Below, piece after piece: positions 16,503 to 25,762 of a stretch of 64,000 bases of DNA. The position numbers were made by a program, and so were the translations under genes. Each line of letters starts with the position of its first letter. Within the stretch, counting starts at the first letter, position 1. The stretch is taken from the IMG/VR virus record IMGVR_UViG_3300036770_007283. One strand, written 5' to 3'. The notes beneath the pieces are model-generated. The model saw nothing but the letters and a program-made list of their open reading frames with translations, searched no databases and was not told where the DNA came from. This DNA is from a virus (taxonomy: Duplodnaviria; Caudoviricetes).

Positions 16503-17171
16503 TTATTTAGCTTGTGATTTTCTAAAATCACGACCAGATACATAGACAGTTTTTACATATTTTGAAAATAAAGAATCAACAGAACGGGAAAAATCCCCAG
16601 CCAAAACTTCCTTTAGGTCTGCGGTATTAGAGCAGATAATGGTGGGCATCTTGTTCTGAAATCTATGTCGAAAGACTCGCTCCATTGTTTGACCAAAAAG
16701 TTGTTCTGACTTTTCGGAAGGAAAGACCCATCTTGTATCATATTCATCAATAACGACAAAGTCTGTTCCAGTCATTTCGTCAAAAATGCTGGAATTATTA
16801 TCCAAAGATTTCTGGATAATATCACTCATATTGATGTATTTAGTACTGAAACCTGACATTGCTGCTGTCTTTAATAAACAAGAAGCCGCATAGGTTTTAC
16901 CAGTGCCAAAGTTTCCTACAAATGCCAGCGAGGTTCCACTTTCATAAGCTGTGCCAATGCTTTCCATTAAGGAGATAACATATTCTTTAAAGTTTGGATC
17001 ACCCTTAAAATCCTTCATGGAAAGCATCCAATAATCCATGGGAATCTCTGATTTTGCATAGGCCCTAATTCTGGCAATTTTATTTCTACAAAGCGAGCAA
17101 CTTTCGCCATTACATTCACAATCTTTCTTAATCTTCTCCTCTATTAGCGTCATCTTTTTCGGTGGGACCAT
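16503..17171 (-). CDS. DnaC/IstB-like AAA+ helicase loader
   Basis: N-terminal CEC..SCSLC zinc motif, GNFGTGKT, VVIDE, PTIICSN, SGRDFRK; adjacent to dnaB. Confidence 0.85.
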   Translation of the reverse strand: MVPPKKMTLIEEKIKKDCECNGESCSLCRNKIARIRAYAKSEIPMDYWMLSMKDFKGDPNFKEYVISLMESIGTAYESGTSLAFVGNFGTGKTYAASCLLKTAAMSGFSTKYINMSDIIQKSLDNNSSIFDEMTGTDFVVIDEYDTRWVFPSEKSEQLFGQTMERVFRHRFQNKMPTIICSNTADLKEVLAGDFSRSVDSLFSKYVKTVYVSGRDFRKSQAK

Positions 17172-17574
17172 TCTGTTTCTCCATTGTTTTTGGATTTTTT
17201 AATTGTGACATTGAAAGCGAAAACGTGGTATTCGGTTCCTCAGATTTTCCCTCTAACATATCTTCTGGAATAACGGAACCGTAAAAATCCATTTCTTCTA
17301 AATACTCCGGCTTGCCGAGCCGGGGGCGCTGGGCCACGACCCTCGCATTATTGTTGTACGAGGGGGCAGATTCGGGGTCAACCTCAGCGGGTTTTTTTCT
17401 TTCATCAATTATCATAGCGGCAACAATGTTTTCTTTGTAAATAACCAAAGAACCCATATCGCTAATTAAGACCACCTTTTCTTTGGATGAAAATTCCACC
17501 ATACCTGTGAATTCCCAACCGCCACGTAAAAATACAGAAACTAATCTGCCTTCTAGAGAGTATTTATCTTCCAT
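17128..17574 (-). CDS. Hfq/Sm-fold protein with a long acidic/low-complexity C-terminal tail
   Basis: VSVFLRGGWEFTGMVE...VVL...VIYKENI aligns by eye with Hfq VSIYLVNGIKLQGQIE...ILL...MVYKHAI. Confidence 0.72.
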   Translation of the reverse strand: MEDKYSLEGRLVSVFLRGGWEFTGMVEFSSKEKVVLISDMGSLVIYKENIVAAMIIDERKKPAEVDPESAPSYNNNARVVAQRPRLGKPEYLEEMDFYGSVIPEDMLEGKSEEPNTTFSLSMSQLKNPKTMEKQNGPTEKDDANRGED

Positions 17575-18176
17575 TATAAAATGCCCATTTCCTTTGCTTT
17601 GTTCAGAAGTTTATTCTCCACGGCTTCACTCTTAAGAGAATACATTTCTGAATAGTTTTTAATCATCTTAATGTCTTCTTCCCGCTCTAACTGATGGCGC
17701 TGAAAAATATCTGGAATGTTATCTTGACACCACTTAACCAAACTTTGAAACTTACTTTCGTTGCCTTTCTTGGCAAGGAATGCTAGATACATTCTTTCAA
17801 ACTCCACAATAATAGATGGTATTAAGAATAATCTAGTTCCATTTACAGATTGTTCACCACGACGAAATTTGTAATCAAACATCCAATTGATATAGTTATA
17901 AATTTTCTTATTTATTTCGCCACGAACCTTATCCTTCTTATCTTTAGGCAAGTCTTTATAATCTTCTGGTGCCAAAGTTCTAAAAAGCTTAGCAAAGTCT
18001 GCTGCTTCTTTACCCATCGTCGGACCCTTTCTGGCTCTTACCAATCTAAATCTTACCCCATTCTTCTTTTGATACTTGTGGCAAAAATAAGCAAGCAAGG
18101 TAATGTGCGTCCATTCAGAAAGGTCAGCCTTGATCCATTCCTCAATATTGTTAAAAAATTCTTCTTCATTAAGCAT
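17574..18176 (-). CDS. Hypothetical protein (200 aa), possible replication initiator
   Basis: All-helical-looking ORF between ung and the Hfq-like/dnaC/dnaB genes; function inferred from position only. Confidence 0.8.
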   Translation of the reverse strand: MLNEEEFFNNIEEWIKADLSEWTHITLLAYFCHKYQKKNGVRFRLVRARKGPTMGKEAADFAKLFRTLAPEDYKDLPKDKKDKVRGEINKKIYNYINWMFDYKFRRGEQSVNGTRLFLIPSIIVEFERMYLAFLAKKGNESKFQSLVKWCQDNIPDIFQRHQLEREEDIKMIKNYSEMYSLKSEAVENKLLNKAKEMGIL

Positions 18177-18837
18177 TTTTTAAACTCCTTGAATTGGTCC
18201 AATTAATTTTTTCTTCCAGAAAATTGTTAGCTTTAGAAAAGTGTTTACAGCCAAAAAATCCTTTATGGGCAGCAAGTGGTGAAGGATGTGCAGATTCCAA
18301 AACAATATGTTTAGAATCTTTAATCCAGCCCCTTTTGCCTCGGGCTGGATTACCCCATAGCATAAATATTACCCTCTCTTCCCTTTCGTTTAAGGCCTGA
18401 ATGATTTGGTCTGTAAAAATAACCCATCCAGAATCTTTATGACTATTAGGCAAGCCATTGCGAACTGTTAAAACTGTATTTAAAAGCAAAACTCCCTGCT
18501 CCGCCCATCCAACTAGGGTTGTGCTGTTGGGTGTTTCACCACAATCATTTTTAACTTCTTTAAAAATATTAAGCAAAGATGGTGGCGGCCTCTGCCCTTC
18601 GTTAACTGCAAAAGCTAAACCGTTTGCTTGTAAAGGGCCATGATAGGGGTCTTGACCTAAGATACAAACCTTAACCTTGTTATAATCTGTTAACTCTAAG
18701 GCTCTAAATATATTTTCTCTAGGTGGATAGATTGTATTTTCGCTATATTCTTGTGACAAGAATTTTTTAAGATTTGTCATATATGGCTTATCAAACTGCG
18801 GACCCAACTTATGAAGCCATCCATCGCCTATTTTCAT
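18169..18837 (-). CDS. ung: Uracil-DNA glycosylase, family 1
   Basis: ILGQDPYHG, GLAF, GVLLLNTVLTV, HPSPL. Confidence 0.97.
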   Translation of the reverse strand: MKIGDGWLHKLGPQFDKPYMTNLKKFLSQEYSENTIYPPRENIFRALELTDYNKVKVCILGQDPYHGPLQANGLAFAVNEGQRPPPSLLNIFKEVKNDCGETPNSTTLVGWAEQGVLLLNTVLTVRNGLPNSHKDSGWVIFTDQIIQALNEREERVIFMLWGNPARGKRGWIKDSKHIVLESAHPSPLAAHKGFFGCKHFSKANNFLEEKINWTNSRSLKNA

Positions 18838-18852
18838 CTACTCTCCTGGTTA

Positions 18853-21312
18853 TCATCTTTTTTGAACTATGATTTTAAAAGCGGGTTCGTTCTCATAGAT
18901 TTTCTTTCTGATTAAGGAGTGATCCCGTAAATATCTACAGTTATCTAGAAAATCAACAACCACCGCATCTTTTTTATCTTTACCTTTGCGAATTACACGA
19001 CCAATTCTTTGTAGGGCGCGTGCAGAAGATTTACCAGAACCGGCCAAAACCAAGGCATCAAGATTGGGAATATCAATACCCTGATCAAAGATTTTAGAAG
19101 CAATTAAAACATCTAATTCGCCATTCTTCATGGCTTGGATGGCGGCTAGTCGATCCCCGGTCTTGTTACTACCATCGAGGCTGGATACCCTCAAAGTGTC
19201 TTTTAATAAGGATAAGAGATGTTTGCCATGCGAAACCTTAGTCACCAAGATTAGAACCTTTCGACCCTGAGCTACTAACTTTGTGGTTGATTTTAAAATC
19301 AAGTCATTTCTTTCTTCATTTTCCACAATAAAATTTTTATAAACTTCTTGATAAGTTTTGCCGATACCCCTTTGCATAGGAACGTCAACAAAATAAATCT
19401 TAGGGGGAACTAACCATCCTTGTTCAATAAGTGAAGAAGCGTTAAGATCAAAAAACTTTGGTCCACCTACTGATTCTATCAGGATATCATCTCCTGAATC
19501 TCGCCATGGCGTCCCTGATAATAAAAACCTATGCCTGGCCTTTACAGAATTTTTATGTAAAAATTGAATAGTTTCTGATGCAGCATATTGACATTCATCA
19601 ACAATAATCATTTCTGCATTCATAACCATATCTCTAACCATTTCTTTGTTGAGGTTTTTATCTTCTTTGTCTGGGGTTAGGTCACTATCCAAGATTTCTG
19701 CCTTACTACCAAAGGCTGAAGCGGCGCTCCAAATGGTTGCGATTGTAACTTGCTGTACATCACAATGACCATCGCCAACAAGTCCAACTTTAAGATTTGG
19801 ATAAGCTCTTTCTACCGTTTCTTTCATTTGATAAAGAAGCTCTATGCCGATAACATAGATAACAGTCCTAATATTAAACTTACCAGTAATTAGAGATATA
19901 ATAAGGGTCTTTCCAGAATTATGTGTTACGGTAAAATCTCCAAGTAAATACCTATTATCACCATCTAGTTGGAAGCCATAATAATCTCCCAAGCCCATTT
20001 CTTCAAATGTAAAACCTGTAACAAGAACGTCCTTAATTTGATTTCTTTCTGGTGCTCTTTTTCTAGATATTTTGCATGGAATTCTTGTGCAATCTCCAGA
20101 TATATGAACTCTATAATAAAGTCCAGATTTTCCATTATTGGTACAGGTACAAATTTTTTCTTTTAGATAAGCCGACATACCAAGACTTCTTGCAAGGAAA
20201 ATGACATCTTCTGCTAGTTGTTTTGATTTTGAAATATAATCATATCCATTTTTTGATAAAGAGCCATCTGTATCCAGTAATCCGGCCAGCACTTCCAGCC
20301 TCTGTTCCTCATCTCCAGTCTTGAAATCAAGTGGAATGAACTTATCTCCAGAACCTTTTCCAAATAACCCCAAAGATCTCATAATATTTACAAGTGGATT
20401 TTTGCCTATAGTCTTTTCCTGGGATCTGAAATAGTAGGTAATTCTAGATTTTCTAATAGATAAGTTATATTTTTTTGCTATATCATAAACGTATGCAATA
20501 ATTTCTGGATCCGTATTTGTCACGCCCAATTGACCTTTCACTGTACCATCGCCAAGCATTAATCCCAATAGATATGGCTCCAGTGGTAGTTCTTTTTTTG
20601 GAAAGTTAATTGGGACTCTAAAAAGTTTGTGAATGTGCTTGAAGGTTTTATTTTGTTTTTCCCAATCTGAAAACTTAATATCAATAATTTCTCCACCACG
20701 CGGATCATATTTCTCTGTTCTTGTTCTCTTCAGAGATAGGACGTGTTCTTGATTTATAATAAAAGGCGCACCCTTTGTTGGAATTATTTTAACCATTCTA
20801 TCTTGACCACGAAAAAGTTTTAGAACTTTTCTTTCTTTTGAGTCTGGACCCATTAAAATATCACCAACAACAATATCCTCTACAGATTTTGTTGAACCAT
20901 CAAACATCAAAATCTTAGTGCCCTTGGAATGACAGCCCGTTGGAGACTTTATGATTCCGCCACCATGCTTCCAGGCTTTTTTAACAATAGCTGCCTGGTA
21001 GTCTCTAACCTCAAATCCACTGTTTGGATCTAAGGTTAGGCTTTCACCATAAGTAAGAACATCCCTATTATCTTGAATCTGATAAGAGGCATCATTCTTC
21101 TTTAAGATTTTTTCAATGGCAGGCAACAAACCAATCGGGAAATAATGATTCTTGGTAAAAAGCCTTTGCCTACCATCCCAGTTACTTGCCTTATTCATAA
21201 ACTGAAATCCTTGAACAGAATAGCTTAGCTGTTCATCGATCTCATCAATAATCTTTGGATCCCGAAGTCCGATTATTTTGCACTTAACATTTCCAACAAT
21301 TATAGTTAGCAT
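18853..21312 (-). CDS. SF2 DExD/H helicase (UvsW/ResIII-like) containing an intein
   Basis: RDYQ, SPTG/SGKT, IIVDECQ, LSGTP, FDQGIDIP, QRIGRVIR. About 480 aa after splicing. Confidence 0.92.
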   Translation of the reverse strand: MLTIIVGNVKCKIIGLRDPKIIDEIDEQLSYSVQGFQFMNKASNWDGRQRLFTKNHYFPIGLLPAIEKILKKNDASYQIQDNRDVLTYGESLTLDPNSGFEVRDYQAAIVKKAWKHGGGIIKSPTGCHSKGTKILMFDGSTKSVEDIVVGDILMGPDSKERKVLKLFRGQDRMVKIIPTKGAPFIINQEHVLSLKRTRTEKYDPRGGEIIDIKFSDWEKQNKTFKHIHKLFRVPINFPKKELPLEPYLLGLMLGDGTVKGQLGVTNTDPEIIAYVYDIAKKYNLSIRKSRITYYFRSQEKTIGKNPLVNIMRSLGLFGKGSGDKFIPLDFKTGDEEQRLEVLAGLLDTDGSLSKNGYDYISKSKQLAEDVIFLARSLGMSAYLKEKICTCTNNGKSGLYYRVHISGDCTRIPCKISRKRAPERNQIKDVLVTGFTFEEMGLGDYYGFQLDGDNRYLLGDFTVTHNSGKTLIISLITGKFNIRTVIYVIGIELLYQMKETVERAYPNLKVGLVGDGHCDVQQVTIATIWSAASAFGSKAEILDSDLTPDKEDKNLNKEMVRDMVMNAEMIIVDECQYAASETIQFLHKNSVKARHRFLLSGTPWRDSGDDILIESVGGPKFFDLNASSLIEQGWLVPPKIYFVDVPMQRGIGKTYQEVYKNFIVENEERNDLILKSTTKLVAQGRKVLILVTKVSHGKHLLSLLKDTLRVSSLDGSNKTGDRLAAIQAMKNGELDVLIASKIFDQGIDIPNLDALVLAGSGKSSARALQRIGRVIRKGKDKKDAVVVDFLDNCRYLRDHSLIRKKIYENEPAFKIIVQKR
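19918..20934 (-). mobile_element. Intein with LAGLIDADG homing endonuclease (339 aa) in helicase Walker A
   Basis: Begins CHSKGTKILMFDGS and ends YYGFQLDGDNRYLLGDFTVTHN, followed by +1 Ser. Endonuclease motifs YLLGLMLGDG and LAGLLDTDG. Confidence 0.95.
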
Positions 21313-21340
21313 AATACACCATTCCAGTGTATTATACTAA
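21306..21340 (-). promoter_or_regulatory. 14-bp stem-loop covering the helicase start codon and overlapping a TATAAT box
   Basis: Minus strand TTAGTATAATACAC-TGGAATG-GTGTATTATGCTAA, with one G-U pair. The ATG at 21312 lies in the 3' arm. Confidence 0.6.
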
Positions 21341-21401
21341 ACTATTATTAATTAAGCACCTGCAATTTTATAAAATCTGCTTCCTTTTTTCGGCTTAGAA
21401 T

Positions 21402-22814
21402 CTAGCGTCTTCGCTTATCAATAATCGAAGTTCTAGCGGTAGTGCCTTGAAGTTTATTAAAGCCAGAATTCTTGTTTTTAATCTTTCTCTCAATCTCGTC
21501 TTTAACAGAGCTAACCTTATCTTCACCAAGGTCGAGAGTCATTGCATTAGCCCTTCCCTTTTCCTTGTCAGCAAGCACTGCAGCTTGTGCTTTACTTTCT
21601 TTCTTTAGATTTTCAATACGATCTTGTGGCAGACCCAATCCCGCAAACCAACTATAAATTTTAATGCTATCATTATCCATATCATCTATAGCATAGATAC
21701 CCTGGAAGATGTTGGCACCATTAGTGGATTCTGAAATCATGGAAAAGCAATAATCAATATTGATGGCTGGAAGTTTGCTTAGTGCCTCCTGAGAACCTAA
21801 GATGATTACGCCACCAGTTCTTGTCTGTGTTAGATCAAAACCTTCTGCAAGCATATTGCTGCTTAGACTCTTCATTACAGATTCTGCTAGTGCTGTTTCT
21901 TCTAGATAATCCTCTACCTCTACCATGCCGTAAACTGAGCAATCACCACAAGAAATAATCTTTCCAAAGTCACTTGGGTCTAATGAAGTAAATTGTGATG
22001 GCTGTGAAGTTAGGGTATTAAAAATATTGATTGGTTCCACAATTGCGGAGTTGGCTGTAGACCAAAACTGGGCTTGACTTAAACCACCATAAATTTGCTC
22101 AATTCTAGCATTATCTACCACAACTAGTGATGATATTACATTTGTAGAAGTTAGTTTGGCTAATCTAGCTAGGGTTTCAATAGAATTTTTCTTGGACTGA
22201 GCATCTTCTGTGGCTTTAGGAAGAACATAAATAACGCCAATAGGCATACCTAGGCTAAATAGTAGTGGAACCATAGTATCAACAGAAGAAGAACCAGTTC
22301 CGCCACCACCTGAGATGGCTAGGTACATCATATCATTACCATCTGCGATGGCTTCAACAAACTCCGTTAGTTGTTCTGTACTTTGTTCAAAAATTTGTCT
22401 TCCTAAATCTAGATCCTTTCCAGTTCCGCCAAGACTTCCTTCCAGAAGCAGCTTTTGATTTGGGGCAACATTAATGTAAGCTAAGTCTTGAGCCGAGGTA
22501 TTAACCACGCCTGCGTCATAGCCTAGCCTATGAAATTCTTCTGCAATTCTAGAGCCGGCCTGACCTACACCAATAACACCCATATTAATGCTAACTGTTC
22601 TTTTGGAAACTACTTCTGGCATAACATCACCTTCCACTTTGTTTTTTTCAGCAAGTTTAGCTTTAAGAGCTGCTAGTTTTTCTGGATCCACTTTCCTCTC
22701 CACTTTTTGTTCTGAAAATGCTGCTAAAAGTTTGTCGTTTTCTTCTGATATTTCTTCTGAAGATTTATTTTTAAATGCTGCATCATTTTCTTTAACTATT
22801 ACTTTTTCTGACAT
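21402..22814 (-). CDS. Tubulin/FtsZ-superfamily GTPase (TubZ/PhuZ/CetZ-like)
   Basis: GVIGVGQAGSRIAE, VNTSAQD, GGTGKD, signature GGGGTGS, VVDN, T7-like LDPSDF; basic C-terminus IIDKRRR. Confidence 0.9.
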   Translation of the reverse strand: MSEKVIVKENDAAFKNKSSEEISEENDKLLAAFSEQKVERKVDPEKLAALKAKLAEKNKVEGDVMPEVVSKRTVSINMGVIGVGQAGSRIAEEFHRLGYDAGVVNTSAQDLAYINVAPNQKLLLEGSLGGTGKDLDLGRQIFEQSTEQLTEFVEAIADGNDMMYLAISGGGGTGSSSVDTMVPLLFSLGMPIGVIYVLPKATEDAQSKKNSIETLARLAKLTSTNVISSLVVVDNARIEQIYGGLSQAQFWSTANSAIVEPINIFNTLTSQPSQFTSLDPSDFGKIISCGDCSVYGMVEVEDYLEETALAESVMKSLSSNMLAEGFDLTQTRTGGVIILGSQEALSKLPAINIDYCFSMISESTNGANIFQGIYAIDDMDNDSIKIYSWFAGLGLPQDRIENLKKESKAQAAVLADKEKGRANAMTLDLGEDKVSSVKDEIERKIKNKNSGFNKLQGTTARTSIIDKRRR

Positions 22815-23814
22815 AATGCTCCTCGTATACTTTTTTCATTTGTTCATAGATTGTTTCACTTGAAACCTTTGCAATAGGGACTAGGGAACCATCCCATTCG
22901 TAATTAGATACCTTACACAAGTATTTAGTATTAACTGAATTCATGGGGGGATAATCCGTGGTTATAATGTCGCAACCGCTAGCTGCCGCCTCGTAAAGAC
23001 TTAAGCCCAAGCCTTCACGGCTAGAAGGTGCTACTACGCAATTAACCATTTTATAAATGGCAGCAATTTCATTTCTATCTAGTATTTGATTAGAAACTTT
23101 TATGTTATCTACTTTGTTATCAGGATAGTTGCCTGTAATAATTAAATTTACAGGATATTGGTCCTTTGACTCTTGTGAAAGCTTTAAAAAGGCCTGAACT
23201 ACTGCTTGTGTATTTTTACTAGAGTAATTATTATTTAAAGAAGCTTGGTGGTAAAAGTAAAATTGATTGGGGTATCCTCGATTATTGCTATTAAAAAGAT
23301 CTTCATCTACGTAATTCCAGTTTATCCGTTCTAAGTTTTTATATCCGGCACGATTAAATGTATGCCAAGTATATTCCGTCAAGCACCAAACTTTATCAAA
23401 GACATTATAACTCATTTTATTGAAATGATGTAGTGGTACCCATTCTAGCATAGGAACATCTACCACTTTAACCTTATTTCTTTTGGCTTCGTTAATCCAC
23501 CCAAGATCTGTCATAGATGTTTCCAAAGAAACAATAAGATTGGTTTTTTGTTTCTCTACCGCATCTTGAACCACCTCATTTTTCTTTAATCCATCTCTTT
23601 TAAATTTAAAAAGGTGTGGTACTGGACCTTTTACCTCTGGATATTCTAGATAATATCTTCCCTGTTTTTTTTCAAAGATTGGCTTAGGGATTAGGGATAC
23701 ATTATGTCCTGCCGCCAATAATGTTTTATAGAGGCTTAGACCAAGGTATAATAATCCAGAATCATGACTGTAAGTTTTAATCAGGATATTCTCATAATCC
23801 TTTAGTTCTAGCAT
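22792..23814 (-). CDS. GT-B (GT4-like) glycosyltransferase
   Basis: VVAPSSREGLGLSLYEAAASGCDIITTD. Confidence 0.88.
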   Translation of the reverse strand: MLELKDYENILIKTYSHDSGLLYLGLSLYKTLLAAGHNVSLIPKPIFEKKQGRYYLEYPEVKGPVPHLFKFKRDGLKKNEVVQDAVEKQKTNLIVSLETSMTDLGWINEAKRNKVKVVDVPMLEWVPLHHFNKMSYNVFDKVWCLTEYTWHTFNRAGYKNLERINWNYVDEDLFNSNNRGYPNQFYFYHQASLNNNYSSKNTQAVVQAFLKLSQESKDQYPVNLIITGNYPDNKVDNIKVSNQILDRNEIAAIYKMVNCVVAPSSREGLGLSLYEAAASGCDIITTDYPPMNSVNTKYLCKVSNYEWDGSLVPIAKVSSETIYEQMKKVYEEHYVRKSNS

Positions 23815-24502
23815 TTATTCTCTCCATAGAATCTTTTTTGATTTCTTCTATATTTGAAAGATGATTTTTTTGTATATCTTCCCGTTGCGTCAGCCTATTA
23901 CTACCACGCACTATTCTGTAAAAATATAAGACTTTATGAATATATTTAATTGGATATAATTCAGATATATGTAGCCAAGTTGCATAATCTTCACCGATCC
24001 AATACTTTTCATTAAAGCCGCCAATTTCTTTTAAAACATCCCTTCTTACCGTGGTGGAACCTGATGCAACCAAATTAATCTTCATCAAAGATTGGTGATT
24101 AACTTTAATACTCATAGGATAAAATGGTTTCATTAATCTACCGTTGGCAAAAATTTGGTAATTGCCACAGGTCATGCCTATGTCCTTATTCTGTTTGAAC
24201 TCTTCAACAGAATAAAAAATTTTATCCTGGTTCATAATGTCATCATCATCTAAGAAGCTTACTAGATCCCCACTCGTATTTTTGATGCCAAAATTTCTGG
24301 CAGCCGCTGGCCCAGAGTTTTGTTCTAGCCTAAGATAGTTAAGTTTTGGGTATTTCTTTTTGACAAAATCTATCTTATTTTCAGAAGCATCATCCACAAT
24401 ATTGATGGTGATATTTTTATAACTTTGTGCCAAGCAACTATCTATAGCTTCAAAGATATAAGCGTTTGGATTATGTGTTGGAATAACAATATCTACTTTC
24501 AT
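23792..24502 (-). CDS. GT2 family glycosyltransferase
   Basis: VDIVIPTHN, IVDDAS, NSGPAAARNFG, FLDDDD, IGGFNE...EDY. Confidence 0.93.
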   Translation of the reverse strand: MKVDIVIPTHNPNAYIFEAIDSCLAQSYKNITINIVDDASENKIDFVKKKYPKLNYLRLEQNSGPAAARNFGIKNTSGDLVSFLDDDDIMNQDKIFYSVEEFKQNKDIGMTCGNYQIFANGRLMKPFYPMSIKVNHQSLMKINLVASGSTTVRRDVLKEIGGFNEKYWIGEDYATWLHISELYPIKYIHKVLYFYRIVRGSNRLTQREDIQKNHLSNIEEIKKDSMERINARTKGL

Positions 24503-25420
24503 TTAATTCTCTAGGTATTTCTTTATATAATTTTTTGCCGTATCTGTAAAGTTATTTTTAATAAAGTTAATTGCGCCATTCTTAAGTTGTGTATAAAGCA
24601 AATTATTTTCCATAATTTCAGTGATTGCTTCACAATAGGAACCTATATCACGATTTGTAATAATTCCGGTTTTATAATTCTCACCCAGCAGATAAATTTT
24701 AGGATGTGTAACAGATGGGAGGCCGCTACACCAGCTTTCGCATAATGCTAATCCCATAGTCTCACTTAAAGAAGTTGAAAAGTATAAGTGACAGTCTTTT
24801 GCTTTACTTACATGTTCTAAATAGTGATATGGTTGTGGATATCCAATAAATTCAAACTCATATCTTTTTAAAATTTTAGAAACTTCTAGTCCAAAGTTTA
24901 TATCTTTTACTAAATGATAACTATTACCCTTCCATAAAATTCTTCCATTATCTCTGCCGGATGGTGCCCATAATTCTTGATCTGGTCCTACCATTAGAAC
25001 ATCGAACTTAGAAATATCTATATTATACTTCTTGGAAAGCAAAAACTTAAGTCTTTCGTTGACAACTAAAATTTTATCATATTTAGCATATTCAAGAAAG
25101 GTTCGCTCTTCGGAAGAGACGCCATCGATCACATTAGGACCAATAATTTTTTGGCCTTGAGCCATATTAATCAGCCTAATAAAATCATTATCTAGCCCAC
25201 TCCATTGATGAACTATTTTAGATTTTTTTATACTGTTTGGTGCCTTTTCAGAACTTAGGGGGTTAACACTTTGATCCCAAGATTTTAACTTAGAAAAAAC
25301 TTCGACAGTTACTCCTAATGCTCTTAAATCTTTTACAAAGTTAGATAGACAGATGCCGGGGCCATTTGCATAGCGCCCGGCATTACCATAATTAAAGGTA
25401 AGGAAAGTTACATCTGGCAT
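24503..25420 (-). CDS. GT4-like glycosyltransferase
   Basis: FSTSLSETMGLALCESWCSGLPSV. Confidence 0.85.
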   Translation of the reverse strand: MPDVTFLTFNYGNAGRYANGPGICLSNFVKDLRALGVTVEVFSKLKSWDQSVNPLSSEKAPNSIKKSKIVHQWSGLDNDFIRLINMAQGQKIIGPNVIDGVSSEERTFLEYAKYDKILVVNERLKFLLSKKYNIDISKFDVLMVGPDQELWAPSGRDNGRILWKGNSYHLVKDINFGLEVSKILKRYEFEFIGYPQPYHYLEHVSKAKDCHLYFSTSLSETMGLALCESWCSGLPSVTHPKIYLLGENYKTGIITNRDIGSYCEAITEIMENNLLYTQLKNGAINFIKNNFTDTAKNYIKKYLEN

Positions 25421-25424
25421 GTGT

Positions 25425-25754
25425 CTAGAATGTTACACCTGTGTTTTTAATAATAAACTGGTCCAAGCTTTCTTTGTTTTTGAAGCCAGTCATATAATCT
25501 ACTTGTTTTCCATTTCTAAAAGCAATTAGGTGTGGTACGCTAATAATATTATATTTTGCAGCAATCTCTGGGTAGTTTTGAATATTTAATTTGGCAATAT
25601 GAATATCGCCTTCTGATTTTTGTGAAATAAAGTCTAAGTGGTTTGCAAGTGCCTTGCATGGCATACAGAATGTGGCCCAAAAATCTATAATAGAAACTTC
25701 TTTTGATTTAATAAAGTCTTCAATGGTTTCGGCAGTTAATTCTGTGATGTACAT
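25425..25754 (-). CDS. Thioredoxin
   Basis: IIDFWATFCMPCK, KLNI, ISVPHL, FRNGK. Confidence 0.9.
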   Translation of the reverse strand: MYITELTAETIEDFIKSKEVSIIDFWATFCMPCKALANHLDFISQKSEGDIHIAKLNIQNYPEIAAKYNIISVPHLIAFRNGKQVDYMTGFKNKESLDQFIIKNTGVTF

Positions 25755-25762
25755 TCTCCCTC

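Noticed and set aside
21402-22814. Claim of a phage-nucleus-forming phage
   Set aside because: Tubulin alone is insufficient. No chimallin-like gene or multisubunit RNA polymerase is recognisable in this window.
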